From Camelus ferus (Eukaryota): a DNA stretch of 64,000 nucleotides. Below, piece after piece: positions 29,600-41,683 of this stretch. The stretch spans positions 44,456,001 through 44,520,000 of the forward strand of contig NC_045697.1 in assembly GCF_009834535.1 (NCBI RefSeq), given 5' to 3'. How positions within the stretch are numbered: the stretch's first letter is position 1; each line of letters begins with the position of its first letter. The notes beneath the pieces are model-generated. The model did not search any database, was not told where the DNA came from, and saw only the letters and a list, made by a program, of their open reading frames with translations. A program made the translations under genes and the position numbers.

Positions 29600-30660
29600 A
29601 ACTTAAATAGTCCTACAAAGGTAAGGGCCCTCAAGTGCCTGGAAGAAGTAAATGAAAATCATTTCTTCATCCTAGGTTTCTGATTGTTTCTACAAATATT
29701 TTTCAAACATAATGACTAGCACATAAATAAATTAAAGCCACCAAAAGTGAGATTCAACACAAACAATGAACAATTCCAGGAGGTATCAAGCCTCCATGCT
29801 TATTATGTTGAAATAATATATAAGCTTGAAAATATCTCCAGGGAAGAAGGAACTATAAAAGCAACATAGTGGGAGAGAGTATAGCTCAAGGGGTAGAGTG
29901 CGTGCTAACATGCATGAGGTCCTGAGTTCAATCCCTAGTACTTCCTCCAAGAATAAGTAAATAAGTAAACCTGATTACCTACCACCACCACCAAAACACA
30001 CACAAAAAACAAAAACAACAATAACAAAGCAACATAGCAGATCTGATAAAGAATCAAACAGAACTTACACAAATAAAACAATAATAAATGTAATTAAAAA
30101 CAAAAGATAAGTGGGTCTAACAACAAATTGGATGCAACTTAAGAATTACAGAACTGAAGGATAAATGAAAGATAACTATCCAAAATGTAGCATGGAAAGA
30201 CAAAAACATGAAAATTGCCATAGAGAATCAGTGACATAAAGGATACAGGGGGTAGATATAACATATTTAATTGGTGGTTTAGAAAAAGAGACAGAATAAG
30301 AGGCAATATTTGAAGAGATAATGGCTGAAGTTTTTTCAGAGAAAATGGAAGATAATCTACAGATTCAGTATACTAAAAAGCTGCAAGTAGGCAAAATACA
30401 GAGAAATCTATATAAAACTACATCATGGTGAAACCAAAATATTCAATCACAAATAGAAACTCTTAAAAGCAACTAAATCTAGATCCAACTACCAGTAAGT
30501 AAGAAATACAAGAAATAACAGGCACATGTTAAACTACCATGAGGATGCAACCATCCAAATCTATAGAGTGTGGAAAATTAAATTGTTAGAATGTCCCACT
30601 TCTTCAAAAACTAAATGACATGAATAAAGTGGGGAGTGGAGGTGGTTCTAAGATTAAAAG
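29600..30660 (+). mobile_element. Old L1/HAL1-type fragments (ORF1-like, then L1M 3'UTR-like)
   Basis: A-rich, with GGCAATATTTGAAGAGATAATGGCTGAAG typical of L1 ORF1. Confidence 0.55.
29870..30025 (+). mobile_element. tRNA-Ala-derived SINE (Vic-1-like)
   Basis: GTATAGCTCAAGGGGTAGAGTGC...GAGTTCAATCCC; 12-bp duplication AAAGCAACATAG (29858-29869, 30026-30037). Confidence 0.88.
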
Positions 30661-31309
30661 ACTTATGGTAAATGTATTATGGTAAGCAAGCATTTAAAGT
30701 ACAGATCACTATTCTTTAATTGTGACATAGTATAGATTTTATGGAAAATGGAGACTACCTTCCCATGTTTCGGGAATTTCCACCATACGAGTCTTGGTGA
30801 GAAGCAAAGAATACCACTCAACATCATATTTTAAAAATCAATTTTCCCAGGCTCCTTTATAGCCCACGCATAGATATCTCAGCTCTATCAGTCAGAATTC
30901 TCCTACATTAGACTTTGAGACAGGCACTAGTGAGTCAAATTGATTTAGTGGAGTCAAGGCTAGGACAGGTGGCAGCCGTGGTGGTAGCTACTTTTTCAAA
31001 TGAGCAGCAGTACTAGCAGCAACTTCCAGGATCGAGCATTGATGACGTCAATGTTGAAAGCAGTGGGATCTGTGGACAGCAGGAGCAGCAGCAGTAGAAA
31101 CAGGGTGGCTTTATGGAGCCAGTTCTGTGGTGTGATTTTGGAAATAGTTCCTGGATGAGAGTTCCCAAGTGTGGCTTTCCAACTTTTCCTGGAGAGTCCA
31201 AAGTACTAAAATAGTCACTATTAGATTCATTTTTGGCTTAAAAAAGTAAAATAAAAACAAGAGAGTGAGGAATGGATATATAATAGATGTATTAATCATG
31301 AGAACTGCC

Positions 31310-33270
31310 AGAATAGCAGAGTGAGGACGTCCAAAATTTCACTGCTCCAAAGCCATGAGAACAGTGGCAAAAATTATCAAAACCAACTTTTTCAGAACTC
31401 TGGAAATAAAGTCTTGCAATAATCCAAGGAGCATTTTTTTTTAATGACTGAATCTCAGAACAGTAAGCTTTGTGACATTGTAACTTCCTTATGAGGGAAT
31501 ACAGTGAACAACTGAATACCAACAAATTAGATAACCTAGTTGAAACAGGCAAATTCCTAGAAAGACAAAAACAACTGAAACTACCTTAAGAAGAAATAGA
31601 AAAACTGAACAAGTCATTGAATTAATAATTAAAAAAAACTTTCCATGAAGAAAATCCTAGGACTAGAGGCTTCACTGGTGAATTTTACCAAACGTTTAAA
31701 GAATTAACACTAATCCTTCACAAACTCGTCCAAAAAACAAAAGAAAAGGGAACATGAGGTTGCTGGATACAAGATCAATATACAAAAATCAGTTTTATTT
31801 CTGTTCACTAGCAATGAACAATTCAAAATGACATTAAAAAACAATTTTTTTTACAATAGTATCAAAAAAGAAGGAAGTGCTTAGGAATAAATTTAACAAA
31901 ACAAATGTGAGATTTGTAAATGGCTGTAAGACATTGTTGAAAGTAATGAAAGAAGACCTAAATAAGTGGAAATATAATCCATGTTCACGGATTGAGCTTA
32001 ATATTGTTAAAAATGGCAATACTCTCCAAATTGATCCAGAGATTCCACGTAATCACTATCAAAATCTCTGCTGGACATTTTGCAGATATTGTCAAACTGA
32101 CCTTAAAATTTTTATGGAAATGTAAGGGACCCAGAATAGCCCAACAATCTTGGGGACAAAAGAAGAAATTTGGAGGACTCACACTTACTGATTTCAAAGC
32201 TCCCTATAAGCTGCAGTAATCAGGACAGTGTTGTACTGGCATAAAGACAGACATATAGATCAATGGAATAGAGTTGAGGGTACAGAAATAAATCTTTAAA
32301 TTTATGATCAATTGAGTTTAGACAAAGTTGCCGGCACAATTCAATGGGGGAAGAATAGTATTTTCAACAAATAGTATTGGGACAATTTGATATGTACATG
32401 CAAAAAAATGAAGTTGGACACCTATCTCATATAGAAAAATTATATGCAAATATGCAAATAGTGACATATCTAAATGTAACAGCTAAAACTAAGATTCTTA
32501 AAAGAAAACATAGTAGCACTGGAATAAATCTTTGTGACCTTGGATTAGGCAATGCTTTCCAAAAGTACAGGTGGCAAAAAAAAAAAAAAAAAAAAAACAG
32601 AGAAGAAAAGAAAAGAAAAGAAATCAGATAAATTGGATTTCATCAAAGTTAGAAATGTTTGTGCTTCAAAGTATAACATCAAGTAAATGAAGACAACCCA
32701 CAGAAGGGGAGAAAATATTGCAAAACATTTATCTGACAGAAGACTTATAACTGGAATAAATAAGAAACACAACTCAGAAAAAAGACAAATAACCCAATTT
32801 TAAAATGGGCAAAGAATCCAAATAATCACTTCTTCAAAAAAGATACACAAATTGTCAAAAAGTACATAAGAAGATGCTGATCATCAGTAGTCACTAGGGA
32901 AATGCAAATATCAAAACCACAGTGAGATACTGCTCTGAATGTACCAGATGGCTAAATAAAAAAAACAGACAATAACAAGTTTTGACAAGAAATGTGGAAA
33001 ATTAGAATTCTCATACATTACTGGTTGGAATATAAAATAGTGGAATCACTTTAGAAAAGTGTGACATTTCCTTAAAAAGTTAAATATAGTCACCTTATGA
33101 CCCAGTAATTTCCCTCTGGAGTGTATACCAAGAAAAATGAAAATATGTCCACACAAAAACTTGTAAACAAATGTTCATAGCAACATTATTTATAATACCC
33201 CAAAAGTGGAAACAATCTAAATGTTCAATAACAGACGGATGGATAAACAAAATGTTGTATATCTGTACAC
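31310..33270 (+). mobile_element. Decayed L1 (ORF2 fragments with internal deletions)
   Basis: Translated pieces such as [56 protein letters not shown]. Confidence 0.88.
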
Positions 33271-33787
33271 TGGGCATTTTCAAAGTTGGAGAAGTCACAG
33301 ATCTAGTGACCAGAAAATCCGGTGCAGGAACTACCTACCTAGAGAGTCCAGTCAGTTTGGAAACCACTCACATGACCAAAAGTCGGGAATAACTCGATAT
33401 CTCTTGAACACGGTGTAGGATTGGAAGGCAGAGCCAAAGGGAAAGATTTTTAAGTTTGCTTTATGGAAAAATTTTTCTAAGTTTCATCACTAAACATCCA
33501 ATTACTCTTCTAGTATTTATGAAATAGCTAAAAGTAAATGAAGTAAAGGCCTTGTTATAATTTTTCATAAAGGTTTATAGTCATGTTTCAAATTTCCTCC
33601 TCAGTGAACATACTTTCTTGTTACACTAAGTGTGCCTAGCAAACCACTGCATTAGTTTATAAGTTCAGTGTTTTTATAAGGTGTCTTTTGTTTTTCATCC
33701 AAAAGAATCTTGAATTTATCTTAGAACCTTTATTCTGGGAGAAAAAAACCTTGTGATATCATAAACAGATAAGACTACATTAAGTGA

Positions 33788-34000
33788 ATTTTTTTATTTT
33801 AATTTTTTTATTTTTTGAAGTATAGTCAGTTACAATGTGTCATTTCTGATGTACAGCATAATGTTTCAGTCATACATATACATACATATATTCATTTTTG
33901 TATTCTTCTTCATTATGGATTACTATAAGATAGTGAATATTTTCCCTGTGCTATGCAGAAGAAGTTTGGGGTTTTTTAATCTATTTTATGTATAGTAGTT
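33788..34000 (-). mobile_element. Young L1 3'-terminal fragment
   Basis: Poly-T then GAAGTATAGTCAGTTACAATGTGT..., same family as 10217-10407. Confidence 0.8.
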
Positions 34001-34823
34001 ATGAATGTTTATTTTTGAGGGTATATATTCAAAATTAATTTAGTTTTTTTTCTGATTTAACCAATTCCAAAGAGAAATATTTAAAATGCTTGGGTCAGAC
34101 TATATCGGATTAAAATCTGCATTATTATATATAATAATATATAATATATAATAAAAATATGTATTTTCTACTCTGTCCTCGATTGCATGGGTTTTGTGCT
34201 GAATTTGGACTTTTATTATCTTTTTGGCTTTCAGAGTTGTGCTGATTTCTTGAGTAAGTAGGCAGGGCAACTAATGCTTCGGGTTAGGACCCAAAATTCT
34301 TATAAGTGCTATTTTTATTTTTGATCAAATGTCAGCCAGCTTCTCATGAGTTGCCTGCTAATAAACTTGCACTACTTTCAAGTGGAGGATGTGAGAAAAA
34401 ATAAAAGATGGGGAATTTAATTTTTCGTAAGCAAACGAATCAGAAAAACCTTGCTCAAAGAGCAAGTGAACAATACAGCACTTTAGGGATGAAAAAGAAG
34501 AAAAGAAGATTGTCTAGAGGTTGGTTTGTAGGGTAACTTATCCAGCAGTTTTCTCTGAGTGGACTCACCAGGGATGGCTAGGTCTTTCTTTGTGAAGTGA
34601 AAAGCCCTGAGAATTCTGGGCTGGAAATGTTGGCAGATGATTTTATCTGTCCAGAACTCAAATTTCCACTTTTATTTTGAGCTTAGAAGACTGATGTGGT
34701 TAACATCACTGAAGTCTCTTGGGACTTCTTAGTGTACAATGCTTTATTCTAGAAGAGAACCTTTGATCTCAGATAGTAGTATACTGTGGAGAAAAAGGGG
34801 TAGAGGCACCCATAAAACCCACT

Positions 34824-34980
34824 GGGGGTGGGAGGGTATAGCTCAGCAGCAGAGCACGTGCTTAGCATGCCCGAGGTCCTGAATTCAATGCCCAGTACCT
34901 CGATTAAAATAAATAAATAAGTAAGCCTAATTACCTCCCCCTCCAAAATAAGTCATTAAAAAATTTTAAAACAAAACAAA
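34824..34980 (+). mobile_element. tRNA-Ala-derived SINE (Vic-1-like)
   Basis: GGGAGGGTATAGCTCAGCAGCAGAGCACGTGCTTAGCATG... with AAATAAATAA and A-rich tail. Confidence 0.85.
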
Positions 34981-35682
34981 AAACCATCAGCACAAATATA
35001 TATGTGCTTTTCTCTCCTCTGGCACAAGTGTAACTCCTGTCAATGACTAGTTGTGATATGCATTCCTTAAAATAAACTGCTGATTCAATAATGAGAAACA
35101 TCATTTTAACCAATCAAAATTATATAATAAACCAAAGAATCCTATAAGCTCAGCCAGGAAGTAGAAAACCTCAGCTAATATGTTCTCCTTTGAAATTTTA
35201 TTCTTTCTTTTTGCTCACAAATATTTATATTTCTAAAAGCATAACAAAAGGCACTTATAAACATACTAAAATGAGCAACTGCCTCTATTCATTTTTTATA
35301 ATAACTTTGTTGAGTAATAATTCATATATCCTACCATTCACTCATTTAAAGTGTACAGTGGTTTTTAGTGTATTCACAAACTGTGCAACCATTACCACAA
35401 TCAACTTTAGAATATTTTTATCACCCCCCCAAAACAAATCCCATACTCATTAGCAATCACTTCCCATTCTTCCAACTTCCCAGCCCCAGGCAACCATTAC
35501 TCTCCTTTCTATCTTTATAGATTTGCCTATCCTGGGCATTTCATATACATGGAATCATACAATCTGCAGCTTTTTGTTGCTAGCTTCTTTCACTTAGTGT
35601 AATGTTTCCCAGATTCACCCATTTTGTAGCAGGTATCAGTATTTTATTTGTTTTTATTGCTGAATAATATTCCATTGCACAG

Positions 35683-36230
35683 TATGCAAAAAAAGTGTTA
35701 ACACAGCCAAGACTGAGATTACTATCCTTAGAAAGTCCTTCTTGCAAAGTTGGCCCTTGGTGTCTGAGAACTTGAACTTGGGGAGATCCCAACTAGTCTC
35801 TAACTGATAAGAATGGTTTACTGTGGCTTAACTGTTTGCATAAGTATTGTGGTATATGCTGATCACCTGCTTTCCTTCTGGGAGTCTGGAATCTTGGTAC
35901 ATACACAGCAGATAATGCCTACATGATCATTGCCCAATAAAAACCTTAGGCACTGAGTTTCTAATGAGCTTTCCTGGTAGACAACATTTCACACATTTTG
36001 TCACAATTTTTGCTGAAAGAGTTAAGCTCATCCTGTGTGACTTCACTGGGAGAAGACTCTTGGAAGCTTGCACCTGGTTTCCTCTGGACTTTGCTCCATG
36101 CATCTTTTTTCTTTGTTGATTTTGTTTTGTATCCTTTTGTTGTGTTCAGTTTTAACCATGAGTATGATTATATACCAAGTCCTGTGAATCCTTAGTAATG
36201 AATCATCAAATATAAGGGTCGTCTTAAGAT
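35683..36230 (+). mobile_element. MER68-like solo LTR
   Basis: GTTAACACAGCC...CTATCCTTAGAAAG...GCAAAGTTGGCCCTTGG; internal AATAAAAACC. Confidence 0.75.
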
Positions 36231-36369
36231 ATACCACATTTTACTTATTCATTCAGTAGTTGATGAACACTTGAGTTATTTCCACTTTCTGGCTATTATG
36301 AATAATGATGCTATAAGCATTCATGCACAAATTTCTGTGTAGACTTATGTTTGAATTTTTGCCAGTTAT

Positions 36370-37078
36370 TGTTGTATATTAAAGAATTGGACTGGCCTTT
36401 GTCACTGGTTTCTAGCTAAATTCTTGGAATTTCCCAACTAATTGGAATGTTTTTGTTTCTCTTTAGCCCCTTGAATCACAGCTGATTTTATGCTAACAGG
36501 TGACTCGTGGTGGATCCGGAGAGAGCTTTAGAAGGGGTCCTGGTCACGTGATTGGAGGTTTGGGGCTCTGAGTCATGTGATAGTAGCCCAACCGCCTGGC
36601 CTCTAGAAGTGGAGGAGGGCTGGCGATTGAGTTTATTCACATGGCCAATGATTCGATAAGTAATGCATACAGAATGAAACTCCACTAAAAACTCTGAACA
36701 CTGAATCTCAGTGGAAGCTTCCTGGGGATGAACACATTCATGTTTTGAGGGTGACGTGCCCCAAGAGGAGAAAGAGGCTCTGCCTGTGGGACTCTCCTAT
36801 ACTTCACCTCATGTGTTTCTTCATTTGGCTGGTTCTAATTTGTATACTTTACATTTAAACTATATAGTGTTTTCCCAAGTTCTGTGAGTCATTCTAGTGA
36901 ATTAACAAACTTGAGGGCGACGTGAGTACTCCCAAATTTGTGTCCAGCAAAGTCAGGAGAATGAGTGGCCTGAGGACCCCTGAACCTGCATCTGGCATCT
37001 ATTTTTAGGACTTATGCCTTTAACCTGCAGAGTCTAACACTAACTCAGGGTGGTTCATCCGAATTGTACTGCAGTACA
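36370..37078 (+). mobile_element. MER21-like solo LTR
   Basis: TG...CA ends; GGCCTTTGTCACTGGTTTCTAG, CTTGGAATTTCC; similar to the LTR at 39.8-41.0 kb. Confidence 0.65.
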
Positions 37079-37599
37079 CAGGTACGTACCTAACAAGGAC
37101 ATTCCTGGGCCACATGATCTCTGTTCCTTTTGTATGTGTTTTTCCCTAACCAAAAGTATTTTGATAAACTTACCAAATCATGTTTGGTAGATGTTCCAAG
37201 AATTTTTTTCTCTTCAGACACTTCAGAAATTAACTCTTCCAACCATCATTTTTTCAGATGATGGAAACAAGACAGATGAGTGAACCAAGGCCCGGGAGGG
37301 TTTAAAAATATAAAAGCAAGGCTGTGCTCTTGATTGGTAGTTCAGAACCGACTGCTTTTACTGCTGTTGTTCAGGCAATATTAAAACTTAAATAAATTTC
37401 ATCAGAAATAGGCATATTTAAAACAAATTTGCCAGTTATTCCAACTCTTCTACTAGACAGATGAGAAAAACAAGGCATAGCCAAATAAAGTGACAAGTCT
37501 ACAATGGTAAACCTAGGTCTACATTTACAAAACTTTATGAAAAGGTATATTAATGTAAAAAATACAAAATACAAAAAGAGATGTATTTAAACTGTTGGG

Positions 37600-37656
37600 G
37601 TGTGTGTGTGAGAGAGAAAGAGAGGGAGAGACAGAAAGACAGAGAGGAAGAGAGAG
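37600..37656. repeat. (GT)n(GA)n compound microsatellite, imperfect
   Basis: GTGTGTGTGTGAGAGAGAAAGAGAGGGAGAG... Confidence 0.8.
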
Positions 37657-38131
37657 GTGGGCTGGTTAGGAACACTCCAAACCTGTGACCAGATTGAATT
37701 TCTCATAGATTTTTGTCTTTGATCTTCATACATGGCACATAGCATGTATCCAGGATCCAAAAAGTCATTTAGTACTTTAACTTTATGTACCAGCTACCTG
37801 TTGAGAAATTCAACATTATGGGCTTCTGTTTATGGTAAAAACATTTACAAAGACATCATTTTTAAAAGTGTCTTCTATGATCAAACCAGTAATGGGTTGA
37901 GTCTTTGGCTATATGTAAGACATATGCAATCCATAATCACCAAATGAGTGAAGGAGCAGAATGTTCTAGGAAGATCACTGTCCTGGGTATCAGAAGCTCT
38001 GGTTTGTAGTCTAACTATGAACTTTGTGAATAACCTTCAACAAGGCATTTAGCCTCCTGTCCTGATTTTCTCCATCTGCAAAATGAGTGGCTCAGACTAG
38101 ATGATCTTTAATATCTCTTCTTCTCTCACAC

Positions 38132-38697
38132 TTTTTTTAAATTGAAATATAGTCAGTTACAGCATAATGTTTCAATCATACATATATATATACATATATT
38201 TTCATATTCTTTTTCATTATAGGTTACAGCAACTTATTGAATATAGTTTCCTGTGCTATACAGAAGAAATTTGTTTTTTATCTATTTTATATATAGTAGT
38301 TAATATTTGCAAATCTCGAACTCCCAATTTATCCCCTCCCTTCTCCTTTCCCCCTGGTAACCATAAGTTTGTTTACTATGTTTGTGAGTCTGTTTCTGTT
38401 TTGTAGATAAGTTCATTAGTGTCTTTTTCCCCCCTTTTTTTAGATTCCACATATAAGTGACATCATATGGTATTTTTCTTTCTCTTTCTAGCTTACTTCA
38501 CTTAGTATGATGATTTCCAGGTCCATCCATATTGCTGCAAATGGCATTATTTTATTATTTTTCATGGCTGAGTAGTATTCCATTGTATAAATATACCACA
38601 GCTTCTTTATCCGGTCCTCTGTTGATGGACATTTAGGTCGTTTCCATGTCTTGGCTATTGTAAATACTGCCGCTATGAACATTGGGGTGCATGTGTC
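38132..38697 (-). mobile_element. Young 5'-truncated L1
   Basis: Minus ORF TCTPMFIAAVFTIAKTWKRPKCPS...ILSEVS is the L1 ORF2 C-terminus; poly-T at the left end. Confidence 0.9.
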
Positions 38698-38891
38698 ATA
38701 ATGTTGCATGACCTCTATCACATTCATGCATTAGAGATTTTTCTACTTTCTTAGCTTTTAAATTTTGGCTTCAAATATCTCTTTGCTTCTTGTACCTTAT
38801 TTCTTTTTTGTGTTCAATTTTCTTCTTTGTGAAGCTGAGATAAGCACATTATATCTGAAAAGAGTGGACTTTAAGGGATAAAAAGGAACAG

Positions 38892-39363
38892 TATAGAGGG
38901 TTCAGGGCAGGCTGCCCCAGAAGGTGCCACTTTGGCATGTGAATTATTTCCAGCTGAAGATAATCAAGGCCCAGGAGACTCAGAAAGGCCTTGTTTTAAA
39001 CCTTCCCCTTAATTGCCTAGAAGAATTTAGGTAGGGCATCTATACCAGGAAGAGAGTAATTACCAGAGACAACTTTTTATATTAGAAGGACTTTATCTGC
39101 ATGGCATGGCAAATATTTGCTCTTTTCATCTTCCTATGAATTGTCTTCCTGCCCTTTGAGGCCCCAGACTCCCATCCCTTTCTTAACTCAGGATATATAT
39201 AAGCCTCAACTGCCTGATTGCATTAGAGTCTCATGTCTTATGGGGATCCTATACATACAAAATTAAATTTGTTTTCTCCTGTTAATTTGTTTTATGTCCC
39301 TTTAATTATTAGAGCAGTCAACAAACTTGGAAGGGAAAAAAAGAAAGTTTTTCCTCCCTCACA
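38892..39363 (+). mobile_element. ERV1-type (MER34-like) solo LTR
   Basis: GCCCCAGAAGGTGCCACTTTGGCATGTGAATTATTT, TATA-like TATATATAAGC, ends TTTTTCCTCCCTCACA. Confidence 0.65.
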
Positions 39364-39814
39364 AGTACATAGTGAGGAAAGGTTGATAAGGTTGATGGAG
39401 ACTCTTTATCAAATGATGCTCTGGGGCAACTGGACATCAATAGGCCAAAAAACAGGACCTCAACCTACACTTCACAACTTATGCAAAAATTAATTCAAAA
39501 CTGATTATAGACTTAAATGTAAAACATGAAACTTTCAGACAAAAATATAGGAGAAAATCTTTGGGAACTAAGCTTCATACCAAAAGCACAATTCATAAAA
39601 GGAAAAATTGATAAACTGGACCTCATCAAAATTAAAACTTTTGTTCTGGGAAAGCGTCTGTGAAGAGGATGAAAAGACAAGATACAAACTTGGAGAAAAT
39701 ACTTGCAAGCCACACAAAAGAAAAAGGACTAGTACTTAGAATATATAAAGACCATTTGAAAGTTCAGTCATAAAAAAATAAAGAATTAAGTTAGAATATG
39801 GGCAAAAGACAGAG

Positions 39815-40983
39815 TGGTATTGTGGTTTTTTCCATTTTTTAAATTTGTAGTATCGTCAATTTACAATGTTGTGTCAATTTCTGATGTACAGCATGTTCAG
39901 TCAGATGTGTACATACATATATTCCTTCATATTCTTTTTCATTATAGGTTACTATAAGATATTGAGTATAGTTCCTGGCACATAATCCCCAAACCCTTGT
40001 AATTTCCTAAGTGATTAGAGCAATAGGGACATCTTTTGTTGTAATAATTAGTTGTTTGTCTTCAGTATCTGAAATAGCTTTAGAGCAGTAAAGAAAATGT
40101 ATGTCTTTTGTTATTCATAAAAACTCCCTTTCACATCCCCACCCTGTGTATGTTAATGAGGTGATTTTCGGAAAGCCCCTAGATAACCACATGATAGAAG
40201 GTGGTTGTCAGAAGAACCAACCATGTGATTAGAGGGTTAGAACTTTTGCCCACCTCCTCATCTCTGCAGTGCAGAGAGGGGCTGGAGGCTGAATTAATCG
40301 CTAGTGATCAGTGAATGAATCAATCATGCCTACATAAGAAGGCCTCCATAAAAACCCAAAAGAACAAGGTTTGGGAGCTTCTAGGTGGGTGAAAACACAG
40401 ATGCTGGGAGAAAGATGTGTTCAGAGATGTCATGGAAGCTCTGTGCTCCTTCCCCCATACTTTGTCCTATATGTCTCTTCCATCTGGTTGTTCCTGAGTT
40501 GTATCCTTTTATAATAAGCTGGTGATCTAGTAAGTAAAACTGTTCTCCTGTGAGTTTTGTGAGCTGCCTAGCAAATTAATGAAACCTGAGGAGGGAGTTG
40601 GTGGAAACTCTGATTTATACCTGGTTAGTCAGAAGAACAGGGAAAGATCTGGACCTGCAATTGGCATCTGAAGTGGGGAAGGGTGGGCAGTCTTGTGGGT
40701 CTGAATCCTTAACTTGTGGGATCTGATGCTATGTCCAGGTAGACTGTCAGAATTGAGTTAAGTGATAGCATACCCAGCTTGTTTGGCAGAATCTGAGAAC
40801 TGCATGTTGTTGGGGAAAAACCCATACACCTCTGGTCACAGAAGTGTTATGAATATAAGTAAAGGAGGAAATAAAGATTTTTTCCATCAGAGTTGGTGTC
40901 AGAAGTGTTGTGGAGTGGAGTGTTTAAGTGTGAGTGTAGTATTAATAGAGCAGAAGAGAAACACAGTGAGTTTTCCCTATAAA
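39815..40983 (+). mobile_element. MER21-like LTR containing an antisense young L1 3' fragment (about 39826-39975)
   Basis: TTCCTGGCACATAATCCCCAAACCCTTG..., GAACCAACCATGTGATTAGAGGGTTAGAACTTT, GGCATCTGAAGTGGG. Confidence 0.7.
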
Positions 40984-41596
40984 TATGCATAGATATTTCA
41001 CCGAAGGGGGTGTGCAAAGGCAAATAAACACATGAAAAGATGTATTAGATCCTTAACCATTAGGAAATGCAAATTAAAACCACGAGATATCACTATACAC
41101 CTACCAGAATGGCTGAAATAATAAATAGTGATAATACCAAATACTGGCGAGGATGCTAGAAAAAGTGCACCATCAGACAATTTTGAGAGCGTAAAATGGT
41201 ACAGGCACCCTGGGAAACAGTTTGGCAGTTTTCTATAAAACAAAATATGCAAGTAGCATCCAACCCAGCAATTACATGCTTGGGCATTTATTCTAAAGAA
41301 ATGAAAATTGATTCATCCAAAAACCTGTACATGAATGTTCATAGCAGCTTCACTTGTAATAGCCCCAAAATGGAAATTGCCCAGATGTCCTTCAACAGCT
41401 GAGTGGTTTAAATAGTGTCATGCATCTATGTCATGGGATATCACTCAACAGTAAAAGGAACAAACTATTGATATAGACCACCTGTATTCAGGTGGGGATG
41501 GATCCAACCTGTGAATGTATCCCCAGAGAATTAGACTGAGTGAAAAAAAAAAATCCCAAAAAGTAACAGTGTGATTCCTTTATGAATTATTTTGAA

Positions 41597-41683
41597 TTTT
41601 TTTTTAATGGTGGTACTGGGGATTGAACCTAGGACCTCCTGCATGCTAGGCATGCACTCTACCACTGAACTATTTCCCTCCCC
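41597..41683 (-). mobile_element. tRNA-Ala-derived SINE (Vic-1-like)
   Basis: GGTACTGGGGATTGAACCTAGGACCTCCTGCATGCTAGGCATGCACTCTACCACTGAAC. Confidence 0.85.

Larger units (their letters stand above)
35290..37120 (-). mobile_element. L1MB-type 3' fragment interrupted by two LTRs
   Basis: Antisense L1 3'UTR at 35290-35682, resuming at about 36231-36360 and 37080-37120. Confidence 0.75.

Noticed and set aside
29870..29950. tRNA-like sequences here and at seven other sites as tRNA genes
   Set aside because: Divergent copies with A-rich tails and target-site duplications indicate SINEs, not functional tRNAs.
33270..33430. Non-repetitive, slightly CpG-richer stretch after the L1 break, considered as a small RNA or retrocopy
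   Set aside because: No snoRNA boxes, Pol III boxes, poly(A) tail or duplication recognised; a BLAST/Rfam search would be needed.
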